Origin: an uncultured Candidatus Saccharibacteria bacterium
GTDB lineage: Bacteria > Patescibacteriota > Minisyncoccia > Phycocordibacterales > UBA2100
Length of the DNA stretch: 64,000 nucleotides
NCBI GenBank assembly: GCA_964623775.1
Contig: CAZUVH010000001.1
Location: 220,784-284,783, forward strand
Direction: 5' to 3'
This document shows positions 25,905 to 35,340 of this stretch, piece by piece. How positions within the stretch are numbered: the first letter of the stretch is position 1; each line of letters begins with the position of its first letter. The notes under the pieces were generated by a model. It saw only the letters and a program-made list of their open reading frames with translations, had not been told where the DNA came from and made no database searches. A program made the translations under genes and the position numbers.

Positions 25905-28139
25905 ATGACACCTGGTCATCAGGATGATGATCGTCGCATTACCTACTTCGCGGCGACGCATACAAGAGGCAAGCGCGAAATGTTTGGCATTCGCGGTATT
26001 GATCGCAGCAAACACATCTACGTGATCGGTAAGACGGGTATGGGCAAATCGACCATGCTCGAAAACCTAGCTATACAGGACATTCAAAACGGGGAGGGCA
26101 TTGCCTTTATCGATCCGCACGGTTCTACCGCGGAAAAGCTCCTCGATTTCGTGCCGCACGATCGCATCAACGATGTCATCTATTTCGCGCCCTTTGATAC
26201 GGATCACCCAGTCGGCTTCAACGTGATGGAGGATGTGGGCTACGACAAGCGTCACCTCGTCGTCTCGGGCCTCATGGGCGCGCTCAAGCGCATCTGGGTG
26301 GACGCGTGGAGCGCTCGTATGGAATATATCTTGCAAAATACGTTGCTCGGACTTCTCGAGTATCCCGGCTCGACGTTGCTCGATGTGAATAGAATGCTCA
26401 CCAACAAAAATTTCCGCAACGCAGTCATTGAGAAGATCACTGACCCGATTGTGAAAGCTTTCTGGACCGACGAATTTGCCAATTTTACCGACACGTACAC
26501 ACGCGAAGCGACGCCGGCGATTCAGAACAAGATCGGCCAATTCGTCGCAAATCCGCTGATACGCAACATCGTCGGACAGCCGACATCCTCGTTTGATATC
26601 CGCAAAGCGATGGACGAAAAAAAGATTTTTATCGTCAACCTCTCAAAGGGCCGCATGGGCGAGACAAATGCATCGCTCCTCGGCTCGATGCTCACGGTCA
26701 AAATCTATCTCGCGTCGATGTCGCGCGCCGATGAACCGCCTACGCGCATGGCCAAGCTGCCACGATTCTTTTTCTACGTCGACGAATTCCAGTCGATGAT
26801 GAACGAAGCTTTCGCCGACATCCTCTCGGAATCGCGCAAATACAAACTCGCTCTCACTCTGGCCAACCAGTACATCGAACAAATGGAAGAGGAGGTGCGC
26901 GATGCCGTTTTCGGCAACGTCGGTACGCTGATCACGTTCCGCGTCGGCCCATTTGATGCGGAGGTGCTGAAGACCGTCTTTGAGCCCACGTTTACAGCGG
27001 AAGATTTGGTGGGGCTCGGGGTCGGGCAGATCTACCTTACCCTCATGATTGACGGCGTGGGCTCGCCGCCGTTTTCTGCCGAAACGATCCCTCCGATCGA
27101 AGCGCCGACGATCTCGTATCGTGAAGATGTCGTGACACAATCGCGTGAGAAATATGCGCGACCGCGCGCCGACGTGGAAGCGACGATCAGTCAAAAGCAA
27201 TCCGAGTTCGTCATGCCTCCGCCGGCACCGAAAGAAAAAAGATATGGAGGAGGGGGAGGCGGATTCAAGCCGACGCCGAGCCCCATAGAGCAGCGGCGCG
27301 CTGCTGCTCCTCGCGAAGAAGCCCTTGGCCGTAGCCAGACGGGCGAGGCGGGGAATTTTGACCGACGAACGGGGGAATTCGTCCGCAGGGAAGAGGAGTC
27401 GAATGATCGTGTCTACGTGCCACCTACTCGTCCGATGGCTTCGATGAATCCGCCGCAAGCAGGCGCCCCGCAGCAAAGCGTCGGGCATGCAGGGCAGGTC
27501 GCACCCCTCGGCCATAGACCTACGGGCGAGGCTCGCCCAGCAACACCACCTCCACCACCGCGCCCAGCGCAACCGACGGAGGAAGAAAAGCGCAATGCGC
27601 TACGCGCTGCGATATCGCTCGCGGGCCGCGCTTCGGCAGCGCCTCCCTCTCCAGCCACGGCAAAATCTCCGGCAGAGCTTCTGCGCGAACGTCTATCGGG
27701 CGGCGGCGGCCCAAAGATCCAGGCTCCCAAGCCTCCATCGCCACCACAGCAGAATCGACCGCAGCCGACTCCTGCTCCACGACCCGTGCACGCACCCCCT
27801 TCACCGCGCACACCACAAGCACAACCGGATCGTTCTTGGGATTCCGCTGCGCCCCTTGGCCGTAGCCAGACCCTCGGGCGTAACCCTATGGGCGAGTCGG
27901 GCGAGGCGCGGCCCGCACAGCCCCGCGAAGATCGACGTGAGCACAATCCAAATCCTCTTGGCCGTAACGCGGGCGAAACGCAACATACCCCCCGCGTAGA
28001 CACGTCTCAACAACAGGGAGCAGCACCGCGTCCGGAGATTCGACCGATGCCACCTGAACCGCCCAAGCAACAAGGAGCTAGCGAGGTCTCAATCGAAATG
28101 TTAAAACGGGTACTCAATGAGGTTAAAGACGATCAATAG
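25905..28139 (+). CDS. VirD4/TraG-like coupling-protein-type ATPase paralog with ~330-aa Pro/Gly/Ala-rich disordered C-terminal tail
   Basis: Walker A VIGKTGMGKST, FIDPHGS, Walker B FFYVDEFQSM; about 40% identity to the 9236..10510 product over the ATPase core; tail carries four PLGR-x(2-4)-GE repeats. Confidence 0.65.
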   Translation: MTPGHQDDDRRITYFAATHTRGKREMFGIRGIDRSKHIYVIGKTGMGKSTMLENLAIQDIQNGEGIAFIDPHGSTAEKLLDFVPHDRINDVIYFAPFDTDHPVGFNVMEDVGYDKRHLVVSGLMGALKRIWVDAWSARMEYILQNTLLGLLEYPGSTLLDVNRMLTNKNFRNAVIEKITDPIVKAFWTDEFANFTDTYTREATPAIQNKIGQFVANPLIRNIVGQPTSSFDIRKAMDEKKIFIVNLSKGRMGETNASLLGSMLTVKIYLASMSRADEPPTRMAKLPRFFFYVDEFQSMMNEAFADILSESRKYKLALTLANQYIEQMEEEVRDAVFGNVGTLITFRVGPFDAEVLKTVFEPTFTAEDLVGLGVGQIYLTLMIDGVGSPPFSAETIPPIEAPTISYREDVVTQSREKYARPRADVEATISQKQSEFVMPPPAPKEKRYGGGGGGFKPTPSPIEQRRAAAPREEALGRSQTGEAGNFDRRTGEFVRREEESNDRVYVPPTRPMASMNPPQAGAPQQSVGHAGQVAPLGHRPTGEARPATPPPPPRPAQPTEEEKRNALRAAISLAGRASAAPPSPATAKSPAELLRERLSGGGGPKIQAPKPPSPPQQNRPQPTPAPRPVHAPPSPRTPQAQPDRSWDSAAPLGRSQTLGRNPMGESGEARPAQPREDRREHNPNPLGRNAGETQHTPRVDTSQQQGAAPRPEIRPMPPEPPKQQGASEVSIEMLKRVLNEVKDDQ

Positions 28140-29049
28140 AGGGGCGGGTGAGCGCAAGCAGCAGAGTGAGTATTTCTTGCCTGCGGAACGCCACAAGGGT
28201 ACTTCCATTTTTCTAAGCAGATGCTCCGCTAAGAAAAATTGGTCGCTCGCTGCGTTCAGACAGGTCCTCGGCTTCAAAACACTCACCCTGCTGCTCACGC
28301 TTTGTTTGGTGGTGCCGGGGGCTGTAAGAGCCGAGATTGTGGTGACGGAAATCATGTACGATCTGCCGACAGGTTCGGATGCGGGCAGGGAATGGATCGA
28401 GGTATATAATTCCGGGCCAACCACTGTTGATCTCTCGGCACTGCGACTTTTTGAAAATGGTACGAATCACAAAATAAGTGGAGCCGGGACGCTGGCGCCG
28501 AATATGTATGCAGTCATCGCAGATAACCCTACGAAATTCAAGATAGATTGGCCGCAGTATTACGGACTACTTTTCGACAGCGCGTTTACACTTGGCAATG
28601 ACGGCGATTCGATCGAATTGCGCGACGCCAGTTCGACCGTGCATAGTGCCGCGACATTCACGAAATCGCTCGGCGCAGCAGGAGACGGAAATTCATTGAA
28701 TAAAGAGCCCAGTGGGTCGACGTTTGCGCCGCGCACTCCAACGCCTGGCGCGATGATGTCTCAAGATGTGGTCGCGCCGAAGACGAAGTCCGTTGTTGAG
28801 CAGAAGGTTGTCCAGAAGGAAACAGATACTACTGCCGTGCCAGAAAAAGAAGACTCGACGATCGCCAATACGCCGGTCGAGGTATCGGACGTCTCGCAAG
28901 TCGCAGCGGCGGTTGTCGCGAGTGACGATGCGACGCCTCCGTGGCAGTGGTGGCTTGCCGCCGGGCTCCTCGCCTCATCGACAGCCGGCGCTATCATATT
29001 TGCTCGCCGCTTCGCAAAAGATGAGTGGGATATTGTTGAAGAGAATTAA
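28117..29049 (+). CDS. lamin tail domain (LTD) protein with N-terminal signal/anchor and C-terminal TM
   Basis: EIVVTEIMYDLPTGSDAGREWIEVYNSGPTTVDLSALRL matches the LTD (PF00932) consensus; hydrophobic LTLLLTLCLVVPGAVRA and C-terminal WWLAAGLLASSTAGAIIF; the ATG overlaps the upstream gene by 23 nt and the true start is uncertain. Confidence 0.6.
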   Translation: MRLKTINRGAGERKQQSEYFLPAERHKGTSIFLSRCSAKKNWSLAAFRQVLGFKTLTLLLTLCLVVPGAVRAEIVVTEIMYDLPTGSDAGREWIEVYNSGPTTVDLSALRLFENGTNHKISGAGTLAPNMYAVIADNPTKFKIDWPQYYGLLFDSAFTLGNDGDSIELRDASSTVHSAATFTKSLGAAGDGNSLNKEPSGSTFAPRTPTPGAMMSQDVVAPKTKSVVEQKVVQKETDTTAVPEKEDSTIANTPVEVSDVSQVAAAVVASDDATPPWQWWLAAGLLASSTAGAIIFARRFAKDEWDIVEEN

Positions 29050-29849
29050 ATCCCGGAAGAATTGATCAGTCGCAAGAATTCCTTTTCTGTCTCAGGTGTG
29101 ATTGCTTGGAAGAATTGGGTCATAAGTGTATCGAGCCCCGTGTCCTCAATATAATGTTCGCGAGCATATTTCAAGTGATTCGCTGTAAACTCCTCTGCAC
29201 CTTTAAATCCGAAGTAATTTTTAAGTTGTGCCATTCGCTCCGCTATTTCATTCGGGCTACTCATGTACGCCTGTAGTCCCCCCGAAATTTTACCGTCCGC
29301 CTCTGCTTCAACTGCAAGAGGGTCAAAAAGTTGCGCACGATCAGAATCAGCTTTTGTATATGTGATCAGATCAAAATTAAATCCGGGAGCAAAGTATTCG
29401 CGCAAACCCCCATAACGTCGTACCTTGTGGCCTTTTTCATGTGCCTCTACAGCACTCATCTTTTTTGGGTCCTGCAGTTTCCCGTGCGGCATCCATGCAG
29501 CCGGCATAGTGCTACTATCGGGACCCCTCTCTTCAAAATTTATCGGAGTAGAGGTCTCAATTTCTTCCAAGCTCTTTAAAAATTTCTGGGTTATCTCTTC
29601 GCGTGTTTTGTGTATATATGGTTCAGCCGGACCCCGTTTAATTTTTCCCGCCTCATCCTTAATTAGCTTTCTTCGCATCGAAGGTCGGCCAAGCTCCGCT
29701 TTCTCCAAAAGATCGATCACCTGCTTTTGAATCACAGGGTTTCTGAGTCGTTGGAAGAGAAGAAGCGATTCATTGCCTTCGTAATTTGCTTGTCTCGCCA
29801 CTTCCTCCATAGAAGGTTCTTTTGGTGTATTTCGTGGTATTTCTCGCAT
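29046..29849 (-). CDS. hypothetical protein with HExxH motif (possible metallopeptidase)
   Basis: VEAHEKGH motif; TATACT box 8 nt upstream of the ATG; convergent 4-nt overlap with the LTD gene. Confidence 0.45.
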   Translation of the reverse strand: MREIPRNTPKEPSMEEVARQANYEGNESLLLFQRLRNPVIQKQVIDLLEKAELGRPSMRRKLIKDEAGKIKRGPAEPYIHKTREEITQKFLKSLEEIETSTPINFEERGPDSSTMPAAWMPHGKLQDPKKMSAVEAHEKGHKVRRYGGLREYFAPGFNFDLITYTKADSDRAQLFDPLAVEAEADGKISGGLQAYMSSPNEIAERMAQLKNYFGFKGAEEFTANHLKYAREHYIEDTGLDTLMTQFFQAITPETEKEFLRLINSSGI

Positions 29850-29894
29850 CACGGCTCAGTATACCCGTTCCTTTTCTTGGTGTAATCTGGGGTT

Positions 29895-30764
29895 ATGGCA
29901 GAAAAAGAGACAGTGGTTGTGACAGGTGGCGCGGGGCTTATCGGCCCGAGCCTAATCGAGCTTTTGCTCAAGAAGTACCACGTGGTCTCACTCGACAATT
30001 ACTTCATCGGCAAAAAAGAGAATCATATCGAGGGTGCAGAATACGTGGAAGGGCACACGAAAGATATTGAGCAATTATTGGCGACCGTCGACCCGAAGAT
30101 TATTTTTCACCTTGGGGAGTATTCGCGCGTCGAGCAGAGCTTCGACGATCTTGAGGAAGTATGGGAGAGTAACGTGCACGGTACATTTCGCGTTTTCGAT
30201 TTTTGGCGCAAGAAAAAGTGCAAACTCGTCTATGCTGGATCAAGCACGAAATTTGCGGACGGTGGACTCGGCAGATATCAAAGCCCGTATGCATGGATGA
30301 AAGCGACCAACACGGAACTCGTTCAGAATTTTGGCAATTGGTTCAAGCTTTCATACGCGATCACATATTTTTACAACAACTACGGACCACGCGAACTCTC
30401 CGAAGGGCCGTACGCATCTGTGATCGGGAGGTTCAAGCAGCAGTATTGGGCAGGAGAGCCGATCTCAGTCGTCGCTCCTGGTACGCAGAAGCGTAATTTC
30501 ACCTATGTAGGTGATACAGCGCGTGCGCTTTTCATGATTGGAGAAGGCGGGCAAGGTGATGAGTACGGTATTGGAAGCCCGGAGTCGTATACCGTTTTAG
30601 AGATAGCAAAAATGTTCTCTGACAACATCCACATGCTTCCCGAGCGGCAGGGGAATCGCATGGATTCGGTCGTCGACACAACACGCATCGAAAAAGAATT
30701 TGGCTGGAAGCCGGAGATGACGGTACGGCAGTATATTGAGTCGCTCAAACAACGGAAGCAATAG
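29895..30764 (+). CDS. NAD-dependent epimerase/dehydratase family protein (extended SDR)
   Basis: VTGGAGLIG Rossmann motif, YAWMK (YxxxK); 289 aa. Confidence 0.7.
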   Translation: MAEKETVVVTGGAGLIGPSLIELLLKKYHVVSLDNYFIGKKENHIEGAEYVEGHTKDIEQLLATVDPKIIFHLGEYSRVEQSFDDLEEVWESNVHGTFRVFDFWRKKKCKLVYAGSSTKFADGGLGRYQSPYAWMKATNTELVQNFGNWFKLSYAITYFYNNYGPRELSEGPYASVIGRFKQQYWAGEPISVVAPGTQKRNFTYVGDTARALFMIGEGGQGDEYGIGSPESYTVLEIAKMFSDNIHMLPERQGNRMDSVVDTTRIEKEFGWKPEMTVRQYIESLKQRKQ

Positions 30765-30812
30765 TTGGCTTTAAATAGGGGTATTTTAGGTATGGACAAG
30801 CACTGTCTAATG

Positions 30813-30821
30813 TGATATAAT
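30813..30821 (+). promoter_or_regulatory. TG-extended -10 box (TGATATAAT)
   Basis: Upstream of the 30859 gene, which has a CCGGAGG SD. Confidence 0.5.
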
Positions 30822-30858
30822 ATTAAATAGTTAATTTAGACTCAAACCGGAGGCTCTC

Positions 30859-31305
30859 ATGGGCTGGCTTACACAGTCGTTCATCGCGGTCGCGTTTTTG
30901 ACGCCCGCGTGGCTTGCGATCCCGTTTTTCCAAAGGAATTTCGGGGTTTCGGCAGGCGCGTTTCTCGTCTGGTATTTCGTCGGCACATCGCTCTCGGTCG
31001 CACTCTTCGGAGTGCCCCGGCAAGCGCTCGTGCCTTCGGTACCGCTCGTGGTCGCGATCACGGTCGTCGGCTGCGTATTCGGTGGTATTGCCAACGGTTC
31101 GCTTTTCAGCGCCGTTGCCGGTGCGCCGAATCCGGGTCTTGCTGTCGCTATCTCAAATGGTGCAGCACTGACGACGTTCGTTGCCGCAGTCGTATTCTCA
31201 CGATTATGGCCGACGCACTTTGCTGCCGCGGAGTTCAGTATCCAATCACTGATCGGCGCGGTACTTATCGTCGCCGGGGCGGCACTCATCGCAATCAAAT
31301 CCTGA
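30859..31305 (+). CDS. small 4-TM membrane protein, EamA/DMT-like (ArnE/ArnF-like lipid-sugar flippase subunit candidate)
   Basis: 148 aa, four hydrophobic helices, located inside the glycan cluster; the function is inference. Confidence 0.4.
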   Translation: MGWLTQSFIAVAFLTPAWLAIPFFQRNFGVSAGAFLVWYFVGTSLSVALFGVPRQALVPSVPLVVAITVVGCVFGGIANGSLFSAVAGAPNPGLAVAISNGAALTTFVAAVVFSRLWPTHFAAAEFSIQSLIGAVLIVAGAALIAIKS

Positions 31306-31362
31306 TCAGCCTGATTTTCCAGACGCGCGAGCAGTAGCTCGCGCGTCTCTCTTCTTTTCTAT

Positions 31363-32598
31363 ATGATTACTGCAATGAAGCGTGTCCTCATCTTTTCACT
31401 CGCATACCAGCCGTACGTAGGCGGCGCGGAGATTGCGATCAAAGAGATTACGAACCGTATCGGTTCCGGTGAATATATTTTCGATCTCATTACGCTCCGC
31501 TTTGATCGCAAGCTGCCTCGCGTGGAGCGCATCGGCAATGTGAATGTGCATCGCATTGGATTTGCCGCAGATAATCCAAAAGTATCCGATCGGGCGATTC
31601 CGTTCATGCTGAGGCTCTCAAAAATCCTCTTCCCGGTGACGTCGTTCATAAAAGCAGTCTCGCTTCATCGCAGGTATAACTACAGTTTGGTCTGGGCGAT
31701 GATGGCCAATCACGCCGGATTCGGTGCTCTTTTTTTCAAGCTGATGCATCCGAAGGTGTCGTACCTGCTTGAACTACAAGACGGTAACTCACTCGAGCAG
31801 GTAAAAAAGCGACAGCCGATTCTGCGCTTCCTCTGGCCGCTCTATAGCCTTATCTACACGAAAGCCAATGCGATTAAGGCGATCTCGAAATTCATAGAAC
31901 GATTGGCACGTGATGCTGGGTATCATGGGCGCATCGAAGTCATTCCCAATGGCGTCGATACCGCAAAATTCTCAGCTCCCGTTCCCGAGAGTCGTCTGCA
32001 GGAACTGAAGGCGAGATACGGTAAACACATGGGTGACATTTTCCTCTTTACCGCCTCGCGGCTTGTGCTCTCGCGCGGCGTCGAAGACGTCATTCGCGCC
32101 CTCCGACATCTCCCGCTTGAGGTGAAATTTCTGATTGCGGGCGACGGGGAAGATCGCGACAAGTTGGAGCAAATCGCAAAAGATTGCGGCGTCGAGGGAC
32201 GTGTTATTTTTGCGGCTCATATTGAGCACAAAGATCTTCCTGCGCTTCTCAAAATCTCCGACATCTTCGTACGCCCTTCGATAATCGAGGGCATGGGCAG
32301 CGCTTTCATCGAGGCATTTGCAGCCGGCATACCGGTCGTCGCGACGCCGGTGGGCGGCATACCGGATTTCCTTTTTGATCCCGAGCGCACGCCTGGTGTT
32401 GAGCAGACAGGGGTCTTCTGCAATCCGCGCGATCCCGAATCGGTCGCACGTGCCGTCAAGCGCTACCTCGATGACCCGCAGCTTGTCGCGACCGTTGTCA
32501 AAAACGCAAAAGCGCTTGTGGACGACAAGTACGATTGGGACATGATTTCATTCGCGCAAAAAAACCTCTTTGATACTTTGATTTTGAATGGCAAGTAG
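31363..32598 (+). CDS. glycosyltransferase family 4 (GT-B)
   Basis: EGMGSAFIEAFAAGIPVVATPVGG (EX7E motif); alternative start at 31375 (MKRVLIFS). Confidence 0.8.
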   Translation: MITAMKRVLIFSLAYQPYVGGAEIAIKEITNRIGSGEYIFDLITLRFDRKLPRVERIGNVNVHRIGFAADNPKVSDRAIPFMLRLSKILFPVTSFIKAVSLHRRYNYSLVWAMMANHAGFGALFFKLMHPKVSYLLELQDGNSLEQVKKRQPILRFLWPLYSLIYTKANAIKAISKFIERLARDAGYHGRIEVIPNGVDTAKFSAPVPESRLQELKARYGKHMGDIFLFTASRLVLSRGVEDVIRALRHLPLEVKFLIAGDGEDRDKLEQIAKDCGVEGRVIFAAHIEHKDLPALLKISDIFVRPSIIEGMGSAFIEAFAAGIPVVATPVGGIPDFLFDPERTPGVEQTGVFCNPRDPESVARAVKRYLDDPQLVATVVKNAKALVDDKYDWDMISFAQKNLFDTLILNGK

Positions 32599-32617
32599 CC
32601 CATGGTAGGCTCGGTGC

Positions 32618-33616
32618 ATGAAAACGAGAAAAACAATACTCGTGACCGGAGCGGCTGGTTTTATTGGCTTCCATCTCACGCGGAGGCTTCTTAAGGACGG
32701 TTATTGTGTGGTCGGCGTGGATTGTATCTCGGACTACTATGACGTGCGTCTAAAAAACAGACGTCTAGCCATCTTAAAAAAAGAGAAGGCATTTACATTC
32801 GTAAAAAAATCCGTCGCAGATTACGCGTCGATTGACCGCATCGTAAAAAAGGTGAGACCAGATGATATCGTGCATCTCGCGGCACAGGCTGGCGTACGTT
32901 ACTCCCTCGTCAATCCTTGGATATATGCGGATGCGAACTATTTGGGCACCATGAACATGTTCGAGACGGCGCGTCGCAACAACCTTCCGCGTGTTATCTA
33001 TGCGTCATCAAGCTCAGTATACGGAGCCAACAAAGAAATGCCGTTCAAAGAGAGTGATCGGACCGATTTACCCGTCTCCATCTACGGCGCGTCAAAGCGT
33101 GGCAATGAGATTCTCGCGCGCTCGTACCATCATCTTTTTGGCCTCGAGGTTATCGGGCTCCGATTTTTCACAGTGTATGGCCCCTGGGGCAGGCCTGACA
33201 TGGCGCTCTACAAGTTCGCGCGCCGCATACTGCAGGGTCAGCCCATAGAACTCTACAACCACGGACACATGAAGCGCAGTTTTACGTATATTGATGACAT
33301 TGTGGAAGCCATTGTGAGCGTAATAAAAAGTACCCCGAAAGGACGGTATGAGCTCTACAATGTCGGTGGAGCGGAGGCTGTTTCGCTTATCAAATTCGTC
33401 CAACTCATTGAAAAAACGCTCGGCATGAAAGCAAAAAAAATAATGAAACCGCTCCAGATGGGGGATGTCCCAGAGACTGTCGCCGACACGACGAAAGCGG
33501 AGCGTGAGCTCGGCTACAAAGCCAAGACCTCGATCGAGGAGGGCATCGCACAGTTCTCAAAGTGGTTCCTTGAAAACAAGAAATTCACGCTTTCCCTGAA
33601 AGAGCCGAAGCAGTAG
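32618..33616 (+). CDS. NAD-dependent epimerase, UDP-glucuronate 4-epimerase-like
   Basis: ILVTGAAGFIGFHLTRRLL...DYYDVRLK N-terminus and YGASK catalytic motif resemble the Cap1J/LpsL-type UDP-GlcA epimerases. Confidence 0.6.
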   Translation: MKTRKTILVTGAAGFIGFHLTRRLLKDGYCVVGVDCISDYYDVRLKNRRLAILKKEKAFTFVKKSVADYASIDRIVKKVRPDDIVHLAAQAGVRYSLVNPWIYADANYLGTMNMFETARRNNLPRVIYASSSSVYGANKEMPFKESDRTDLPVSIYGASKRGNEILARSYHHLFGLEVIGLRFFTVYGPWGRPDMALYKFARRILQGQPIELYNHGHMKRSFTYIDDIVEAIVSVIKSTPKGRYELYNVGGAEAVSLIKFVQLIEKTLGMKAKKIMKPLQMGDVPETVADTTKAERELGYKAKTSIEEGIAQFSKWFLENKKFTLSLKEPKQ

Positions 33617-33625
33617 GATTAGGCA

Positions 33626-34612
33626 ATGCGGGTTGTTATTGCCACAGGAATTTATCCCCCCGAAGTAGGGGGTCCCGCACTGTATGCGCAGGGGGTCGAG
33701 CGTGCTCTCGTGGAGATGGGACACATAGCACCACGTGTCGTATTCAGTGCTTTGAAAAAATATCCCCCCGGGATACGACATTTGGTGTATTTATGGAAGC
33801 TCTTTTTCATGGCGCGCGGAGCTGATGCCATTTTCGCGTTCGATACATTTAGTGCCGGAGTCCCGGCAGCACTGGTGGGTTCGATACGTCGCATACCAGT
33901 CGTTGTTCGGGTGGGAGGGGATTTCGTCTGGGAACATTATATTGAGCGTACGCATGAGCGTATGCCGCTCTCAGAATTTTATCGCAGTAAGCGACCACTC
34001 AACTGGACAGAACGAATCGCTTTTTACCTCGTGAGCTGGATGATCGGTCGCTCAAAGCTTGCATTTAATACCGAGTGGCTTCTCGAGATTTGGCGCGAGC
34101 CGTATCGAATACAAGCTTCACGTGCAGTTGTGGCCCCCAATGTGATCGGCGAGCGCCTGCCGTCTATTGGGACAGATAATACGATATTGCTTTACGGTAG
34201 AAATATTGCGCTCAAGAATTCCGATGCTTTCAAGCGTGCGTTTGAAAAAGCACGCTCGCACGGCGTTACCCTTGAGCTCGAAGAGGGCAGAGTTACGCAC
34301 GAAGAACTGATAGAACGAATTCGACATGCCTATGCGATTGCGGTACCTTCGATATCTGATGTCGCGCCGAATACGGTCATTGATGCGATACGCTGCGGCA
34401 AGCCTTTCATTCTCACGAAATACTCCGGATATGCCGAACGTTTCGGTCGACTTGGTGTAGTGGTCGACCCATTGTCCGAGGACGATATGGCAGAAGGTAT
34501 CAAGAAGATTGCGGATGACGAGACCTACAAATCCCTTGCGTCACGCATCGCAGATTTCAAGGAGGTGCGCACCTATAGAGACGTCGCGGAAGAGTTTCTC
34601 AAGCTCCTCTAG
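33626..34612 (+). CDS. glycosyltransferase (GT-B fold, GT1/GT4-like)
   Basis: Two-Rossmann-domain organisation and co-location in the cluster; divergent sequence. Confidence 0.45.
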   Translation: MRVVIATGIYPPEVGGPALYAQGVERALVEMGHIAPRVVFSALKKYPPGIRHLVYLWKLFFMARGADAIFAFDTFSAGVPAALVGSIRRIPVVVRVGGDFVWEHYIERTHERMPLSEFYRSKRPLNWTERIAFYLVSWMIGRSKLAFNTEWLLEIWREPYRIQASRAVVAPNVIGERLPSIGTDNTILLYGRNIALKNSDAFKRAFEKARSHGVTLELEEGRVTHEELIERIRHAYAIAVPSISDVAPNTVIDAIRCGKPFILTKYSGYAERFGRLGVVVDPLSEDDMAEGIKKIADDETYKSLASRIADFKEVRTYRDVAEEFLKLL

Positions 34613-35340
34613 TTTGTTTTGTGAGCCTTGATGATGAGGCCCGTCCCAATGAAGGAAAGTATTGAGTGATCAAGTTTTTCGAATATTTTTGATTGAAGAA
34701 CGGTCGTTCGGTGAAATATACGGTCAAGCGGATAGGGGATGAGCTTGAAATTGTAATAGATCGAGTAGTCGGTCGCGAAACCATTTTCCGAAAGTAGTGC
34801 GACTGCGCGGCTCATTGTGTATTCGCGATGTGTCACGCTACCAGGTCTCGGGCCCTTAAAAAGTCGTACGACCCAGAGAAGTATTCGGTTAAAGGCGCGA
34901 TACGGGCTTGTGTAATTCGGGAAGGTGATTATAAGGGTGCCGTTTGGCTTCAGGATACGCGAAGCCTCTTTGAGAAATTTATTTTCGTCCTCGAGGTATT
35001 CAATAAGTCCCATAGCGGTCGCGATGTCGAATCGGCTGTCCTCAAATGGTAATTCGTACGCATCGCCAACAACCGCTTCTACGTCAGGAAATTCCTCTTT
35101 AGCCCTTGCTATCATTTCGGGCGCCGCGTCGACACACGCGACCGTACAGCCTTTGTCACGGAGCGCTTGTACCATGACCCCGGGGCCCGACGCGATATCA
35201 ACGACGCTTTTCCCGTCTTCAACAAGCGCAAGCACTTTTTCGCGACGTACCCGAAATTGGTAACCCTCCGCCGTTTCTCGCTCGTATTCTGCACGGTACG
35301 CCCTACTTTTTTTATTGAAATACGTTACTTCGTTTCGCAT
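34609..35340 (-). CDS. class I SAM-dependent methyltransferase
   Basis: VVDIASGPGVM motif I and LKPNGTLIITFPN motif; convergent 4-nt overlap with the upstream GT. Confidence 0.7.
   Translation of the reverse strand: MRNEVTYFNKKSRAYRAEYERETAEGYQFRVRREKVLALVEDGKSVVDIASGPGVMVQALRDKGCTVACVDAAPEMIARAKEEFPDVEAVVGDAYELPFEDSRFDIATAMGLIEYLEDENKFLKEASRILKPNGTLIITFPNYTSPYRAFNRILLWVVRLFKGPRPGSVTHREYTMSRAVALLSENGFATDYSIYYNFKLIPYPLDRIFHRTTVLQSKIFEKLDHSILSFIGTGLIIKAHKTN

Noticed and set aside
26643-28003. Minus-strand ORFs (309 aa, 196 aa) antisense to the VirD4-like paralog tail
   Set aside because: Mirror images of the Pro/Gly-rich low-complexity tail (GC-rich repeats keep antisense frames open); no RBS
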